From Nitrosopumilus sp. (GTDB lineage: Archaea > Thermoproteota > Nitrososphaeria > Nitrososphaerales > Nitrosopumilaceae), in the NCBI GenBank assembly GCA_965238275.1, contig OZ250186.1, positions 1,120,001 to 1,184,000 on the forward strand: DNA of 64,000 bases, written 5' to 3'. The translations under genes were made by a program, and so were the position numbers. The notes under the pieces are model-generated. The model was not told the DNA's origin. It saw nothing but the letters and a program-made list of their open reading frames with translations, and made no database searches. Position 1 is the stretch's first letter, and every line of letters starts with the position of its first letter. Positions 1 to 10,185 of the stretch are shown piece by piece.

Positions 1-76
1 AACTACAAAGATATTCATGTCACTAAACAAACAAACAACTCTGAAAGATATTTCAAATTCTAAAAAATGGCAATGA

Positions 77-283
77 CTAATAATTGAGAAAAGGGGATTG
101 TCCGTCACATTGCTTACACCAAAAATTCCTGCCTGTTTCACGTTCTTTCCCGCACCGGACGCATTTCTTGCCGTCCATCCGTCTTTCAAATTCATTTTCG
201 CATTTTTCATGGACGAGCCTGCCAAACGAAACATGATTGAATTCTTGCAGTTCCAAGTGACAATATCCACATGGGGTTGCCAT
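77..283 (-). CDS. Small Cys/His-rich zinc-binding protein (LIM/treble-clef-like); paralog of 60103..60291
   Basis: Pattern CxxC-x16-HxxC...CxxC...CxxC in 68 aa; same architecture as 60103..60291. Confidence 0.6.
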   Translation of the reverse strand: MATPCGYCHLELQEFNHVSFGRLVHEKCENEFERRMDGKKCVRCGKERETGRNFWCKQCDGQSPFLNY

Positions 284-496
284 GAATAATACGAATTTAT
301 ATTATATTTAAATTTATTAAAAACGCGGGGCCGGGGTGTTTACGGTAGATAATTCTCCCCGGGACCGGTCGGTCGGTCTGTGGGTCACTGTAACTTTACA
401 GTTCCGGCATTTCATAGAATACATTAATCTGTTAATTGCCGGTTTGTTCATTTGGCGGTTTTAAAAAGCCACACTGGCGTTCAAGCATTTGCCATG

Positions 497-907
497 TCAA
501 CATACACTTTCGCGGTCGCCAAGTGCGGTTCTTGTAGCTTTTATTGCCACGATCCAATCTGGAATGGTAAGCCGCAGGTTTGCGCACAACGCGATGCCCA
601 TGGCTACAATTCCCAACGCTGTATAATCATCAGTCAGTACCGACAATGACAACCCAAGCCCGAGCAATATCGCGATGAAACTTACCCATCCTGCACCGAC
701 CCAATCCCACAATGACGGTGTGCGGCGGTGGATTGGGACAGGATTTGGCCAGTATGCACGTAGTCGCAGTCCAAACGCTATCGACATGACCACCAACACG
801 ATGAGCGTCAATTCATTCATGATCGTCAACCCGTCGATGAGAACCAATGGTATCCCGACCAGCATGGCTGCAAACAGTGCAAGATCATAGATACCCTTGG
901 CGGTCAT
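497..907 (-). CDS. Hypothetical membrane protein (~4 TM segments)
   Basis: 136 aa ATG ORF with several hydrophobic stretches. Confidence 0.6.
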   Translation of the reverse strand: MTAKGIYDLALFAAMLVGIPLVLIDGLTIMNELTLIVLVVMSIAFGLRLRAYWPNPVPIHRRTPSLWDWVGAGWVSFIAILLGLGLSLSVLTDDYTALGIVAMGIALCANLRLTIPDWIVAIKATRTALGDRESVC

Positions 908-1366
908 GGCAAACCACTTCCGAAATCCAACTCGCTGAGTTTTTCCAAGATCAGATTAATATATTCTAAAACATTTACTGGTATTTAGGCCTTGTTTAGA
1001 TTTTCAAGTAATAACACTCTAAGTTGATTTAAATAATTATCAATTTCATCTTTGGTTGTCATTACTCTCCAACTTTGTCTTTCATTTGTAATAGCAGGTT
1101 CTTTTTTTCTTCGAGATCATCCGTAGATAACGCCTCATCTACCATGTCAATCAATTCCTTGACTGTCTCATTTTCATCCATGGGCATTATTAGCAAATCT
1201 GATATTAAAATTTTTGTATCTGTGTAGTTTTTTGATCAAATGTTGAACTCCATATCTACAATCAGAAAATCCGCGTCTGTCTAATTTTTTAAAACTATTT
1301 TTAATCACTTGATCGAGTTTTTCTCTCCGTCCTAATTTTTAGATCATTGTTGCCCACGGTTTGCAT

Positions 1367-2869
1367 ATGTCTGATGATAATTCCGAGTCAAGGATTGCAG
1401 AACTGGAGGAAAAAGTGGGTGTGATGGCAGAGCAGATGGCCGAAAAAGACCGGCAGATGGCCGAAAAAGACCGGCAGATGGCCGAAAAAGACCGGCAGAT
1501 GGCCGAAAAAGACCGGCAGATGGCCGAAAAAGACCGGCAGATGGCCAAACTCGCTGATCTTTACGCTGCCGCCCTCAAACAGATCCAGGATCTCACGGCA
1601 GAGTTGCAGGAGGCAAAGGGCATCATATCGGCTGCCGTTGCAAGGAGCATCGGCGCAAAACCGGACAAAAAGACCGGCAGTACCCGGCGCCGCGCAAAGG
1701 GCAAGGGCAAGGGCAAGGGCAAGCCAAGTGACCACAAACGCACGGGCCTTGCGCGTCCTGAAAGAATAGACGCAGAGGAGACAGCAGATCCGCACACGTG
1801 CGGCAACTGCGGCAGCTCCGACCTCTCAGAATGCGTGTCCACGTACACAAAGGTGGTAAGGGAGGCTGCCAAGACGGAACTAAAGCACATCAAGGTGACA
1901 GTAAAGAGAAGGCGTTGCAGGAACTGCAAGAGGACCGTGTCCGGCAGGACTCCGCTGGCACTGCCAAACTCCAGGTACGGGATCAACTTTATGATAATGA
2001 TGGTCATCCTCCGGCTGCACGGCATGTCAGACCTCAGAATATGCAATATTGTCATGATGATGTACTCGGCAAGAATCACGGAATCTGCGATAAACCGCAT
2101 GGTGTGCAGGATGGCCCGGGAGCTCGGGCCACTGTACGAGAAGATCAGGGAGGAGGTAAGAAACTCGCCTGCGATAAACGGGGACGAGACAATCTGGCGC
2201 GTCGACGGCACAAACTATTGGCTGTGGGTGGCTGTAGCCAGGTACGCCGTAATCTACGAGGTGCACCGCCACAGGAACTCGAAGGTTCCAAAAAAGATGC
2301 TCGGCAAGGACTACCCGGGATGCGTCACGTCTGACTCGTGGGCCGCGTGGAACGTCATCGGGAGCATGCACCAAAAGTGCCACCTTCATTACGCCCGGGA
2401 CATCAAGGACACCCTGAAATACAAGAATCCCGGCGATGACTACAAGCGACACGCAAGGACGCTGCGCGCGATACTGTGGGACTCGCACATCGACGGCGCC
2501 GTTCCGGGAGGAGCCGAAGCACTGGCAGCAAAGAAGAGGCTGGATCGTCGCATCGCGTCACTTATCGGCAGGCTCGAAAAGGACCGCGACTGCAAGCACT
2601 GCAACAGGATGCGCAAGAGGCTGGTGCGGGAAAAAGGCCACCTGTTTGCGTTTCTGGAGACAGACGGCGTCGAATACCACAACAACCGGGCAGAGCGGGC
2701 CATCAGGCCGTGCGTCATCCTGCGCAAGAACAGCAACGGGAGCAGGTCAAAGAAGGGCGCAGATGCCATTGCCACGCTGATGAGCATCAAGCAGACATGC
2801 AAGGCAAGGGGAGATGATCTTGGCACGATCCTGCGCGAGGGCCTGGCTCCACGTCAAAAAACTGCATAG
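1367..2869 (+). CDS. tnpC: IS66 family transposase
   Basis: N-terminal coiled coil, zinc finger, motifs GDETIW..YWLW, SDSW, QKCHLHY, NNRAERAIRP. Confidence 0.93.
   Translation: MSDDNSESRIAELEEKVGVMAEQMAEKDRQMAEKDRQMAEKDRQMAEKDRQMAEKDRQMAKLADLYAAALKQIQDLTAELQEAKGIISAAVARSIGAKPDKKTGSTRRRAKGKGKGKGKPSDHKRTGLARPERIDAEETADPHTCGNCGSSDLSECVSTYTKVVREAAKTELKHIKVTVKRRRCRNCKRTVSGRTPLALPNSRYGINFMIMMVILRLHGMSDLRICNIVMMMYSARITESAINRMVCRMARELGPLYEKIREEVRNSPAINGDETIWRVDGTNYWLWVAVARYAVIYEVHRHRNSKVPKKMLGKDYPGCVTSDSWAAWNVIGSMHQKCHLHYARDIKDTLKYKNPGDDYKRHARTLRAILWDSHIDGAVPGGAEALAAKKRLDRRIASLIGRLEKDRDCKHCNRMRKRLVREKGHLFAFLETDGVEYHNNRAERAIRPCVILRKNSNGSRSKKGADAIATLMSIKQTCKARGDDLGTILREGLAPRQKTA
1433..1546 (+). repeat. 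21 bp coding tandem repeat, ~5.4 copies (QMAEKDR heptad)
   Basis: CAGATGGCCGAAAAAGACCGG x5 plus a partial unit. Confidence 0.95.
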
Positions 2870-3047
2870 ACGCGCGTAGGCATGGAGTTCAACATTTGAT
2901 CAAAAAACTATGCAGTTACAAATTTTTCTGTGTACGGTTCTGGTAAATCCAGGTGATCAGATCACCTGGATTTACCAGTGCCGAACCATGCCCGGCGTCC
3001 TGCACGCTCCTAATGCAGTCCTTATACCATTCTCATGCATGCACAGC

Positions 3048-3215
3048 ATGGACAGCGTGTATCTTGAAATCGCCTGCGACGTGTGCGACACGGAAATCAT
3101 TAACATCATGGCTACCCTGGACCAAAATCCCCGGATCGGCAACAGCGTGGACTACGACTGCCCAAAACGCGGCTGCGGCAGCAAGACATTCCATGTTACT
3201 TACGTGCATTATTGA
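3048..3215 (+). CDS. Small zinc-ribbon-like protein
   Basis: MDSVYLEIACDVC...CPKRGCGSKTF; two Cys pairs; start uncertain. Confidence 0.45.
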   Translation: MDSVYLEIACDVCDTEIINIMATLDQNPRIGNSVDYDCPKRGCGSKTFHVTYVHY

Positions 3216-3257
3216 GCGCGCACGTCACACGAAGAATCAGAAGTATGACTACAATCT

Positions 3258-4349
3258 CTATGCCTGCTCGGGCTGGATTATCTCCATCGGCTTGAGCCAC
3301 GGGACGTTCTGGTCGTTCGTTGCCTGGATCCACATCAGGTACCTGAGTGCTATTTTGCGTTCCGCGTCAGTTACCTTGAAGAACGAGCCGCCTATCCAGC
3401 GCGGCGCTTCGGTTTCGTAGTAGACAGAATGCAAGTCGTCCCTTCCAAGATCACCCTGGACTCTGAACAACGATATCACGAGATCGTCAGTTATCATCTC
3501 CTCTGACAGCGTGCACAACAGGCTGGAGCAAACATTGCCGTTTTTGGTTTTCCCCAGTATGGCCGGATATCCGTGCTTAAATCGTACGTCCTCCAGCCTG
3601 AATGCAATTCCTTCGCCTTCGTAACCAATCTTGGCCTGGTTGGCATGCGTTTCAGGCCCCACGCCGTCCTGGAACCTGCGGAACGTGACAAATATCTTTT
3701 TTTGCTCGTCAAAATAACAGTCGTTCCAGACGTTTGTGAGCGATACGTGGGCCGGAACCTTTGCAGACCTCACGAGCGGCATGGTCTTGGCGCATTCCAG
3801 GTTTTTGCTTTTGGTGTTTGCCAGCGCCTTCCACCCGCTAATGCCGTCGTCTTCCATTTCGCCAGCTTCTATTGCCCTGATTCTCTCCTGCGTGTACTTT
3901 AGTTCTGACTGAAAGTAGTTTACCCTGAAATTCCTGGCACGTGCCTCGTCGTTGGCATCTAGCATGACGTGCTCAAAGACCAGTCCGACGTACTGGAACT
4001 GCGTGTCCAGCATCTTGGTGATCTCCTTGGCCGTGTAGAATCCTTCCTTGAGGCGCATCTGGAAATCCAACTTCTTGCCGTTCTCGGTCCACTTGACCGT
4101 TACCTTGTCCTTGTCGTCCTTTACCGATTCAATCATGTCGTGTTCCAAATGCAGGTATATCCCACGGCTGTGGTGTATGAAGAAAAACTCCATGTTAGTG
4201 ACCAGGAGCCAGCCGTTGCCCTCCGGGGACGTGACCTCTTGCGCAAGCACCATGTGCTCGCCCTTGCGCATGATATAGCCTGACTCGTGCGCGCGCACGC
4301 TCGTGTCTGGTCCTTCCTGCGGCTCCTTTTTCTTCCTGCCAAACATCAT
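3258..4349 (-). CDS. Hypothetical protein with putative N-terminal PH-like domain
   Basis: 363 aa ORF; GWLLVTNMEFFF...IESVK beta-rich segment resembles prokaryotic PH/GRAM-like domains (inference). Confidence 0.6.
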   Translation of the reverse strand: MMFGRKKKEPQEGPDTSVRAHESGYIMRKGEHMVLAQEVTSPEGNGWLLVTNMEFFFIHHSRGIYLHLEHDMIESVKDDKDKVTVKWTENGKKLDFQMRLKEGFYTAKEITKMLDTQFQYVGLVFEHVMLDANDEARARNFRVNYFQSELKYTQERIRAIEAGEMEDDGISGWKALANTKSKNLECAKTMPLVRSAKVPAHVSLTNVWNDCYFDEQKKIFVTFRRFQDGVGPETHANQAKIGYEGEGIAFRLEDVRFKHGYPAILGKTKNGNVCSSLLCTLSEEMITDDLVISLFRVQGDLGRDDLHSVYYETEAPRWIGGSFFKVTDAERKIALRYLMWIQATNDQNVPWLKPMEIIQPEQA

Positions 4350-4486
4350 ACCACACCGGCATCATGCTTAAAAGGACTGTTTCTGCCCGTCATGCATGTT
4401 TTATGCGTGGATCGTTTAAAAATTATAGTAAAGACGCTATAACTATGTTCATTAACCCTTAAATCATATCTTGTACATCTATTGTT

Positions 4487-4732
4487 ATGGAACTGATGTC
4501 AGACGAGGAATGGAACTCGATACAGCCAGACACCAACATATCCAGAAAGGAGAATGCAGATCGTTACGCCACGAGGCTGGCATCAACAGTGGACTGGAAG
4601 AACCTGCCGCCTGAGACTGCCAAGGACATCAAGAAAGCCATGCGCGACACGGCGCACGACATCATAGTGAAGCAAAACAAGATGCCAGGCGGGCATTTTA
4701 TGAACAGGCCGATGGATATCGTGTTTTCGTAA
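4487..4732 (+). CDS. Hypothetical protein
   Basis: 81 aa ATG ORF downstream of an AT-rich TATA-like region. Confidence 0.55.
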   Translation: MELMSDEEWNSIQPDTNISRKENADRYATRLASTVDWKNLPPETAKDIKKAMRDTAHDIIVKQNKMPGGHFMNRPMDIVFS

Positions 4733-4919
4733 GCGTTTATTAAAAACTACAAACCTTACAAAAACATGATCCAACACCAAACCCAAGTCTGCACAGAACG
4801 CGACCGTTTTGAAAAAAAAACACGCAGGCAATTAGTTTTACACACGTCCCAGACCATGCAGACGTTACGGTTTTGCCGTCGTAGCATTGATAAAATATGA
4901 AATATGTGGAGTGTATGCA

Positions 4920-6014
4920 ATGATATCAAAGCCACCAACCCCGAGAAAACGAGTAGCCATTATCGGCGCTACCGGCTCGGTTGGACAGGAGTTTGTCCGG
5001 TCTCTTGACGGGCATGATTGGTTCGAGGTAACGCAGATAGCCGCCTCTGAACGCTCCGCTGGCAAGAACTATCTTGATGCAATCAGGGACGCAAGCGGCA
5101 TCATCGCATGGGACGTTGGAGGGGAGATACCGGAGTACATAAAATCGATGACCGTGCGCCGGATAGACGGGCTTGACACTTCAAGCCTTGATCTGGTATT
5201 TTCCGCAGTAGAGTCAAAAGCGGCCCGCGACATCGAGACCAGGATGGCGGCCATGCTGCCGGTGGTATCCACGTCGTCCGCGTACCGGTACGAGAAGGAC
5301 GTCCCCATACTCATACCTGGCATCAACGACGCGCAATCGGACCTGCTGGACGTCCAGAGCAGGAACCGCAACTGGAAGGGCTGGGTGGCACCGCTGCCCA
5401 ACTGTACCACGACGGGTCTTGCCATCACGCTAAAACCCCTACTTGACAAGTACGGCGTTAAGCGCGTCTTGATGACGTCGATGCAGGCGATATCCGGCGG
5501 AGGCAAGACCGGGGTGTCTGCGATGGGAATCACAGACAACATACTTCCTTACATACCAAATGAGGAAGACAAGGTCAAAAAGGAGACTAGAAAGATACTC
5601 GGAACGCTCAACGGCGAGAGGATCGAGGACGCCGACATCGGGATCAGTTGTACCTGCACCCGGGTCCCCGTAATCGACGGGCATACCGAGTCGGTGTTCG
5701 TCGAGACTAGAAATGAGATTGACCCGCAAAAGGCAAAGGAGGCGTATCACGACTACAACCATGCGGTGTCGGTGGCCGGGTTGCCGTCGGCGCCAAGAGA
5801 CTATTACGCGTTTCATGAGGATCCTACCAGGCCGCAGCCGCGCATGGAGCGGACCGTGGGCGACGGCATGACTACCACGGTCGGCAGGGTGGAGAAGGAG
5901 GACTTGTTTGAGAACGGGCTCAAATACGTGCTGTTCTCGCACAACAAGAAGATGGGCTCCGCAAAGGGCGCCGTCCTGCTTGCAGAGATGCTGTACACGA
6001 AAGGCAAGATTTGA
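4920..6014 (+). CDS. asd: Aspartate-semialdehyde dehydrogenase (archaeal type)
   Basis: Rossmann motif IIGATGSVGQ, catalytic PNCTT, MQAISGGG, CTRVPVIDGHT; start uncertain. Confidence 0.93.
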   Translation: MISKPPTPRKRVAIIGATGSVGQEFVRSLDGHDWFEVTQIAASERSAGKNYLDAIRDASGIIAWDVGGEIPEYIKSMTVRRIDGLDTSSLDLVFSAVESKAARDIETRMAAMLPVVSTSSAYRYEKDVPILIPGINDAQSDLLDVQSRNRNWKGWVAPLPNCTTTGLAITLKPLLDKYGVKRVLMTSMQAISGGGKTGVSAMGITDNILPYIPNEEDKVKKETRKILGTLNGERIEDADIGISCTCTRVPVIDGHTESVFVETRNEIDPQKAKEAYHDYNHAVSVAGLPSAPRDYYAFHEDPTRPQPRMERTVGDGMTTTVGRVEKEDLFENGLKYVLFSHNKKMGSAKGAVLLAEMLYTKGKI

Positions 6015-6329
6015 GTTTCGTGCAAGACGCAACCATGATTCAGTTTAATGGCGTGGAACCGTTGATTTGGATTTCCTAAATCTTGAGCGTGTTGCCGCAT
6101 TCCTTGCATCTCATGCAGCCAGATATGGATTCGCGTAAAAACGCCTGGATCATGGTTAAGACGGCAGGACTCGAAATTACTCTGCTGGCCATCAGGGTGG
6201 AATTGGAAGAATCGTCAAGCAACCGTCCCCACCATGCGCTGGTAACTATTTATGAAAAAAAACGTGCGCGAAGTGCTTGGCGTGTAGTGGATCAGACAGG
6301 TTATAAAATGCAAGCACTATGTCTTGTTA

Positions 6330-6527
6330 ATGACAAGCGAATACGAGGAATTGGTGGCAGAAAAAGAACAAATTGAAGCAGAATATGGACAAATCGTTGA
6401 AGGCCAAGCACAAGCCATACATGACGGGCAAGAATGGGCATTAGATGATGGTGAGAGAAGGAAAGACGAAATACGGGTTAGGTTGGGGGAAATCGACCAG
6501 CGGTTAACCGAGATACGCGGTTCTTGA
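6330..6527 (+). CDS. Small acidic coiled-coil protein
   Basis: MTSEYEELVAEKEQIE...; TATA-like TTATAAAA about 25 nt upstream. Confidence 0.55.
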   Translation: MTSEYEELVAEKEQIEAEYGQIVEGQAQAIHDGQEWALDDGERRKDEIRVRLGEIDQRLTEIRGS

Positions 6528-6731
6528 ATTGCCTCTGCATGTATTCTATGCGTCGGCGCGAGGAATACGCCGTGTTGTCCGGCCCTTTCTGATCACAACA
6601 CGGGGATCATAAGATGGCATGAAGTTTCTTTCGGCAGTTGGTAGTGAAATCGTTTGGCATAACGGGTTGGTTTTAGCGGGCAGGTTTGGCGCGAATTTGG
6701 TCGTTGCGAGAGGTTTTATTGATTACTTGGA

Positions 6732-9548
6732 CTACCCTATGTAGCTCGGCCTGTCTTTGTCCTTTTTTGCCGCCTGTTCCACTTTTGTCTCTGCATCTAC
6801 CTTTGTGGCTGCCTGTTTTTCGGCATCTGTCTGCTCCTTGAGCGCATTAAAGTAATCCTTCGAATCCTCGTAGTCTTTCTTCTTGGCGTCAATGCCGGCC
6901 TGCGTCATTTTGGACGCCTCCTTTCCAACTGGGTCGGAAAACTTTTCAAAACCAAAGCCCTTGGGTATTATGCCCTGCATCGTGGATGCGGCCCCGCCCG
7001 TGACTGCGCCAAACAGGAATGTCTTGATGATGTCCTTTGCCGACTGCTTGCCAGCATACAAATGCTCCGGCTTCTTTATCGTCTCGCCGGCCTTGTTCGT
7101 GACTTCATTTGGAAGAGCATCCCTATCGCTTTGTGAAATGGTCGTGTCTGCAGCTTTTGACTGCGACATGGTGCCGCCGGATGGGCCGGTACCTGATGAG
7201 CCGCCGGATGGGCCGGTACCTGATGAGCCGCCGGATGGGCCGGTACCTGATGAGCCGCCGGATGGGCCGGTACCTGATGAGCCGCCGGATGGTTTACCTG
7301 GAGGGCTGCTTGGCGGCGGGCTGCTTGGAGTGTTGCCGCCGGACTGACCAGCACCAGACGAGCCGTCACCCGGCCATGGTTTTGCCTTGTACGCGCCTGA
7401 CCCCCCGTACATAGGCATGTCGTCTATTTGCCTTTTCGTCTCGATTTCTTCCCATTTTTTCTTCGCCGTTACATCCATGTTTACATCGACCTGTTCTTCT
7501 GCAGCCTCGTTCTGTTCCTTCAACGCCTTGAAATATTTTGCAGAATCCTCATATTCCTGCTTCTCAACGTCAATGGTGTCATGGGTCAGGTTGGCGGCTT
7601 GTTTCCCGACTGGTTCGGTGAATTTCTCAAAACCAAAGCCCTTGGGTATTATGCCCTGCATCGTGGGCGCGGCCCCGCCTGCTATGGCGCCCATGAGGAA
7701 CGTCATGCCCATGTGCTTCTTTGTCGGCTTGTCTGTACGCAAATGCTCCGGCCGTTTTACCGTATTACCGGCCTTGTCCTTGACTTCCTTGGGGTATTGG
7801 CCTTCTTGCGCCGGTTCTTCCGGCTTTTCCATGCTGTCTTTTTTCTTGGCATTTTTGGATGTATCGTCTGCATTCTGCGCAAAGTCTGCGTCTGCAGCCC
7901 CTGACCGTGGCGGCCTGTTGTCAGTCGGCGGGTTTACGCCAAACCCTCCGCTAGGCTGCTGCTCGTTGTATCCTCCCGGCATGTCGCCAGCTCCTGCTTG
8001 GACCGTTCCGGGGATGCCTGGTGCTCCTGGCGGGGCTCCGGGCGGCGCATCCATAAATCCGGCATTTGCATTTACAGACCCGGGCGGCGCGCCGCCCGAC
8101 CCTGCGTTGGTGTCAAGTATTTGTTGGTTCCCGTGTCCGGAATCTTTGCCGGATCTGCTGCCCACAAGACTGGCTGTTTCGGTCGCGGTTGCCATGGTCT
8201 TGGCGCCAGTCGTGGCAATGCCAGTTAACGCCTTTCCTGCCGCCGCGGAAGCACCCGCGCCTCCCATGACCGCGCCTATCCCGCCTGTGGCCGCTGCCGC
8301 AGTCGCAGTTGCAGCCCCTATCATTGCCGTCTTTAGCGCGCCCATGACATTCTGTTTTGCATCCATGAAGAACCCGCCTGCAAGCACCGTGACTGCAGAC
8401 GAGCACAAAAAGCACACGCATACTGCCTGCAGCCAGCGCACCAGTTCATCCTCGTTCCTCGACGATGAAAGATACGCCAGGCCTATCGTAAACACGAGTG
8501 CCGAGAATATCGGGGCCAGCATCAAGCCCGACAACGTGCTCGTAATCTTTCTTGTCGCCTCGCCGAACTTTGGAATCAACGACAACGGGAGCATTATGGG
8601 CATCGCCATGACCGTCATCATGGTGGCCATTACGCGCACTATCCCAGACACCCACATCTCCATGGCAAGCAAAATCACCACGACCGCCTTGAAAATTCCT
8701 ATGAATGCGCCGGTCAGTATGTTGTTGACTGCCTTGGCGGGATCAAAGATAAAACCGACCATTGATTCCGGTTGCCAGACGGTGGGCGGGATTATGCTCC
8801 CGGCCTCCATGAACAACCACGCGCCGCGCAGTTGCGCGTGGCTCTTGAAGCCGTCTTGCGGCGCGCCGACAAATGCCGCGACCGCGCCCACGTCTATGTA
8901 CGGGTCAGATTCTGGCGGGAACGGCGCCATGAAAAACAGCGCAAGTTCCTCGATCATTATGGCAAGCGGATCCCAGACTGTCGGAAGAATCAGGATGAAT
9001 ATGATGTACGGGACTATTTTTTTGACGTTCTCGATTGCCTTGTTCTTGTCCGTAAGACCGGTGCCTTCCGCTACATACTGCGTTACCGCGATGCACATCA
9101 CGATCACCATTATGGATATGCCTATGCCTGCAAGCAACCAATAATACGCGATGAAGACGCTTGGCTTCAGCTGGCAGTTTGGATCCGATCTGGCCCCGGA
9201 GCCCTCGCAGCCAGGCGTGAACCAAACGCAGTCTGCGGCATTATAATTGCCGGTGCGCTCGCAGGCTATCGGTTCGTACGCGCGGCCGCCGTCTTCGGCA
9301 TAATCGTAGAACGTCGGCATCTCGGTAAGGATCTCCGGCAGCGCGAGTCCGGCCACGACCACAATGCCCTGGCTGATTATGATGATTGTGGCAATCACGG
9401 CAAGTATTATCGCAATTATCACTGGTGTGAATACGATGCCGCTCCGCTTTGCCATGCCTTGGAGGATGGTTTGGCATTTAAGGAGAAAATCCAGCCGGCG
9501 TGAGCGTACAGTAGCCATGTCCTGCTTCTTGACTGGGTTAGTCAACAA
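6732..9548 (-). CDS. VirB6/TrbL-like polytopic membrane protein with long low-complexity, internally duplicated C-terminus
   Basis: Multiple TM helices, IVRVMATMMTVMAMPIMLPLSLIP segment typical of VirB6/TrbL, followed by an Ala/Gly-rich tail; start uncertain. Confidence 0.65.
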   Translation of the reverse strand: MLTNPVKKQDMATVRSRRLDFLLKCQTILQGMAKRSGIVFTPVIIAIILAVIATIIIISQGIVVVAGLALPEILTEMPTFYDYAEDGGRAYEPIACERTGNYNAADCVWFTPGCEGSGARSDPNCQLKPSVFIAYYWLLAGIGISIMVIVMCIAVTQYVAEGTGLTDKNKAIENVKKIVPYIIFILILPTVWDPLAIMIEELALFFMAPFPPESDPYIDVGAVAAFVGAPQDGFKSHAQLRGAWLFMEAGSIIPPTVWQPESMVGFIFDPAKAVNNILTGAFIGIFKAVVVILLAMEMWVSGIVRVMATMMTVMAMPIMLPLSLIPKFGEATRKITSTLSGLMLAPIFSALVFTIGLAYLSSSRNEDELVRWLQAVCVCFLCSSAVTVLAGGFFMDAKQNVMGALKTAMIGAATATAAAATGGIGAVMGGAGASAAAGKALTGIATTGAKTMATATETASLVGSRSGKDSGHGNQQILDTNAGSGGAPPGSVNANAGFMDAPPGAPPGAPGIPGTVQAGAGDMPGGYNEQQPSGGFGVNPPTDNRPPRSGAADADFAQNADDTSKNAKKKDSMEKPEEPAQEGQYPKEVKDKAGNTVKRPEHLRTDKPTKKHMGMTFLMGAIAGGAAPTMQGIIPKGFGFEKFTEPVGKQAANLTHDTIDVEKQEYEDSAKYFKALKEQNEAAEEQVDVNMDVTAKKKWEEIETKRQIDDMPMYGGSGAYKAKPWPGDGSSGAGQSGGNTPSSPPPSSPPGKPSGGSSGTGPSGGSSGTGPSGGSSGTGPSGGSSGTGPSGGTMSQSKAADTTISQSDRDALPNEVTNKAGETIKKPEHLYAGKQSAKDIIKTFLFGAVTGGAASTMQGIIPKGFGFEKFSDPVGKEASKMTQAGIDAKKKDYEDSKDYFNALKEQTDAEKQAATKVDAETKVEQAAKKDKDRPSYIG
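7174..7292 (-). repeat. 27 bp coding tandem repeat, ~4.4 copies (PSGGSSGTG)
   Basis: CCGCCGGATGGGCCGGTACCTGATGAG x4 plus a partial unit (+ strand). Confidence 0.95.
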
Positions 9549-10185
9549 TCAGGTAGGTGCGGAGGGCGTACTGCGCAAGCGCGGCGGCAACGACCATCTT
9601 GTCCTTGCCGTTGCCGCGTTCTGTCTGGAATGACGCCTCGGCGTTCTTGACGCGTTCGACGTATTCGGGAATCGACATGTAATAATCCACGGCCTTTTGC
9701 TCGGCTTTGACAATGGTCGGAATGCCAAATCCCGGAGACCTCCTGATGGAATTGTACAGCATGAGAAACATCGCCGAGTCGTCGTGCAGCATGCGCAGCG
9801 TGTTCACGGTTGGCTTGTAAGGCGCCAAGCCCAACAAGCCCTGGTGGCAATAAAAAAAACCAAAGTCATTGCCTACTGGACTCATGGAGTACTCGTAGTC
9901 CTTTTTCCCATGCCAGCAGCAATCCAGACGGATGAATCCCGCCAAATTTACCCCGGCGTCGCCGATGGCCTTGATGGCGTGCTTGATGCAATTTATCCTA
10001 GAATGCGCGTGCAGCGTGTCTGAGACGCGCCCATCGTCTGCGTTTGCCGTGTTGATCATCATCGATACGGTATCTGTCATGTTGGCGCCTATCGCGCCCC
10101 AGTCGGTCTGTTCGTCCCGGTTCCGGTAGTTTTTGTAGTTGTCGGTTGCCAATGGCTGCGTGCTGACGCGCACCTTGTATGTCAG

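Larger units (their letters stand above)
1224..2911 (+). mobile_element. IS66-family element (single ORF, ISBst12-like)
   Basis: 30 bp TIR GTAGTTTTTTGATCAAATGTTGAACTCCAT (1224-1253) and its reverse complement (2882-2911, last base mismatched); no 8 bp TSD seen. Confidence 0.85.

Noticed and set aside
7387-9144. Long antisense or alternate-frame ORFs (also 53625..55241, 40581..41636, 18347..19318, 55988..56884)
   Set aside because: They are shadows of GC-rich real genes and carry no recognisable motifs
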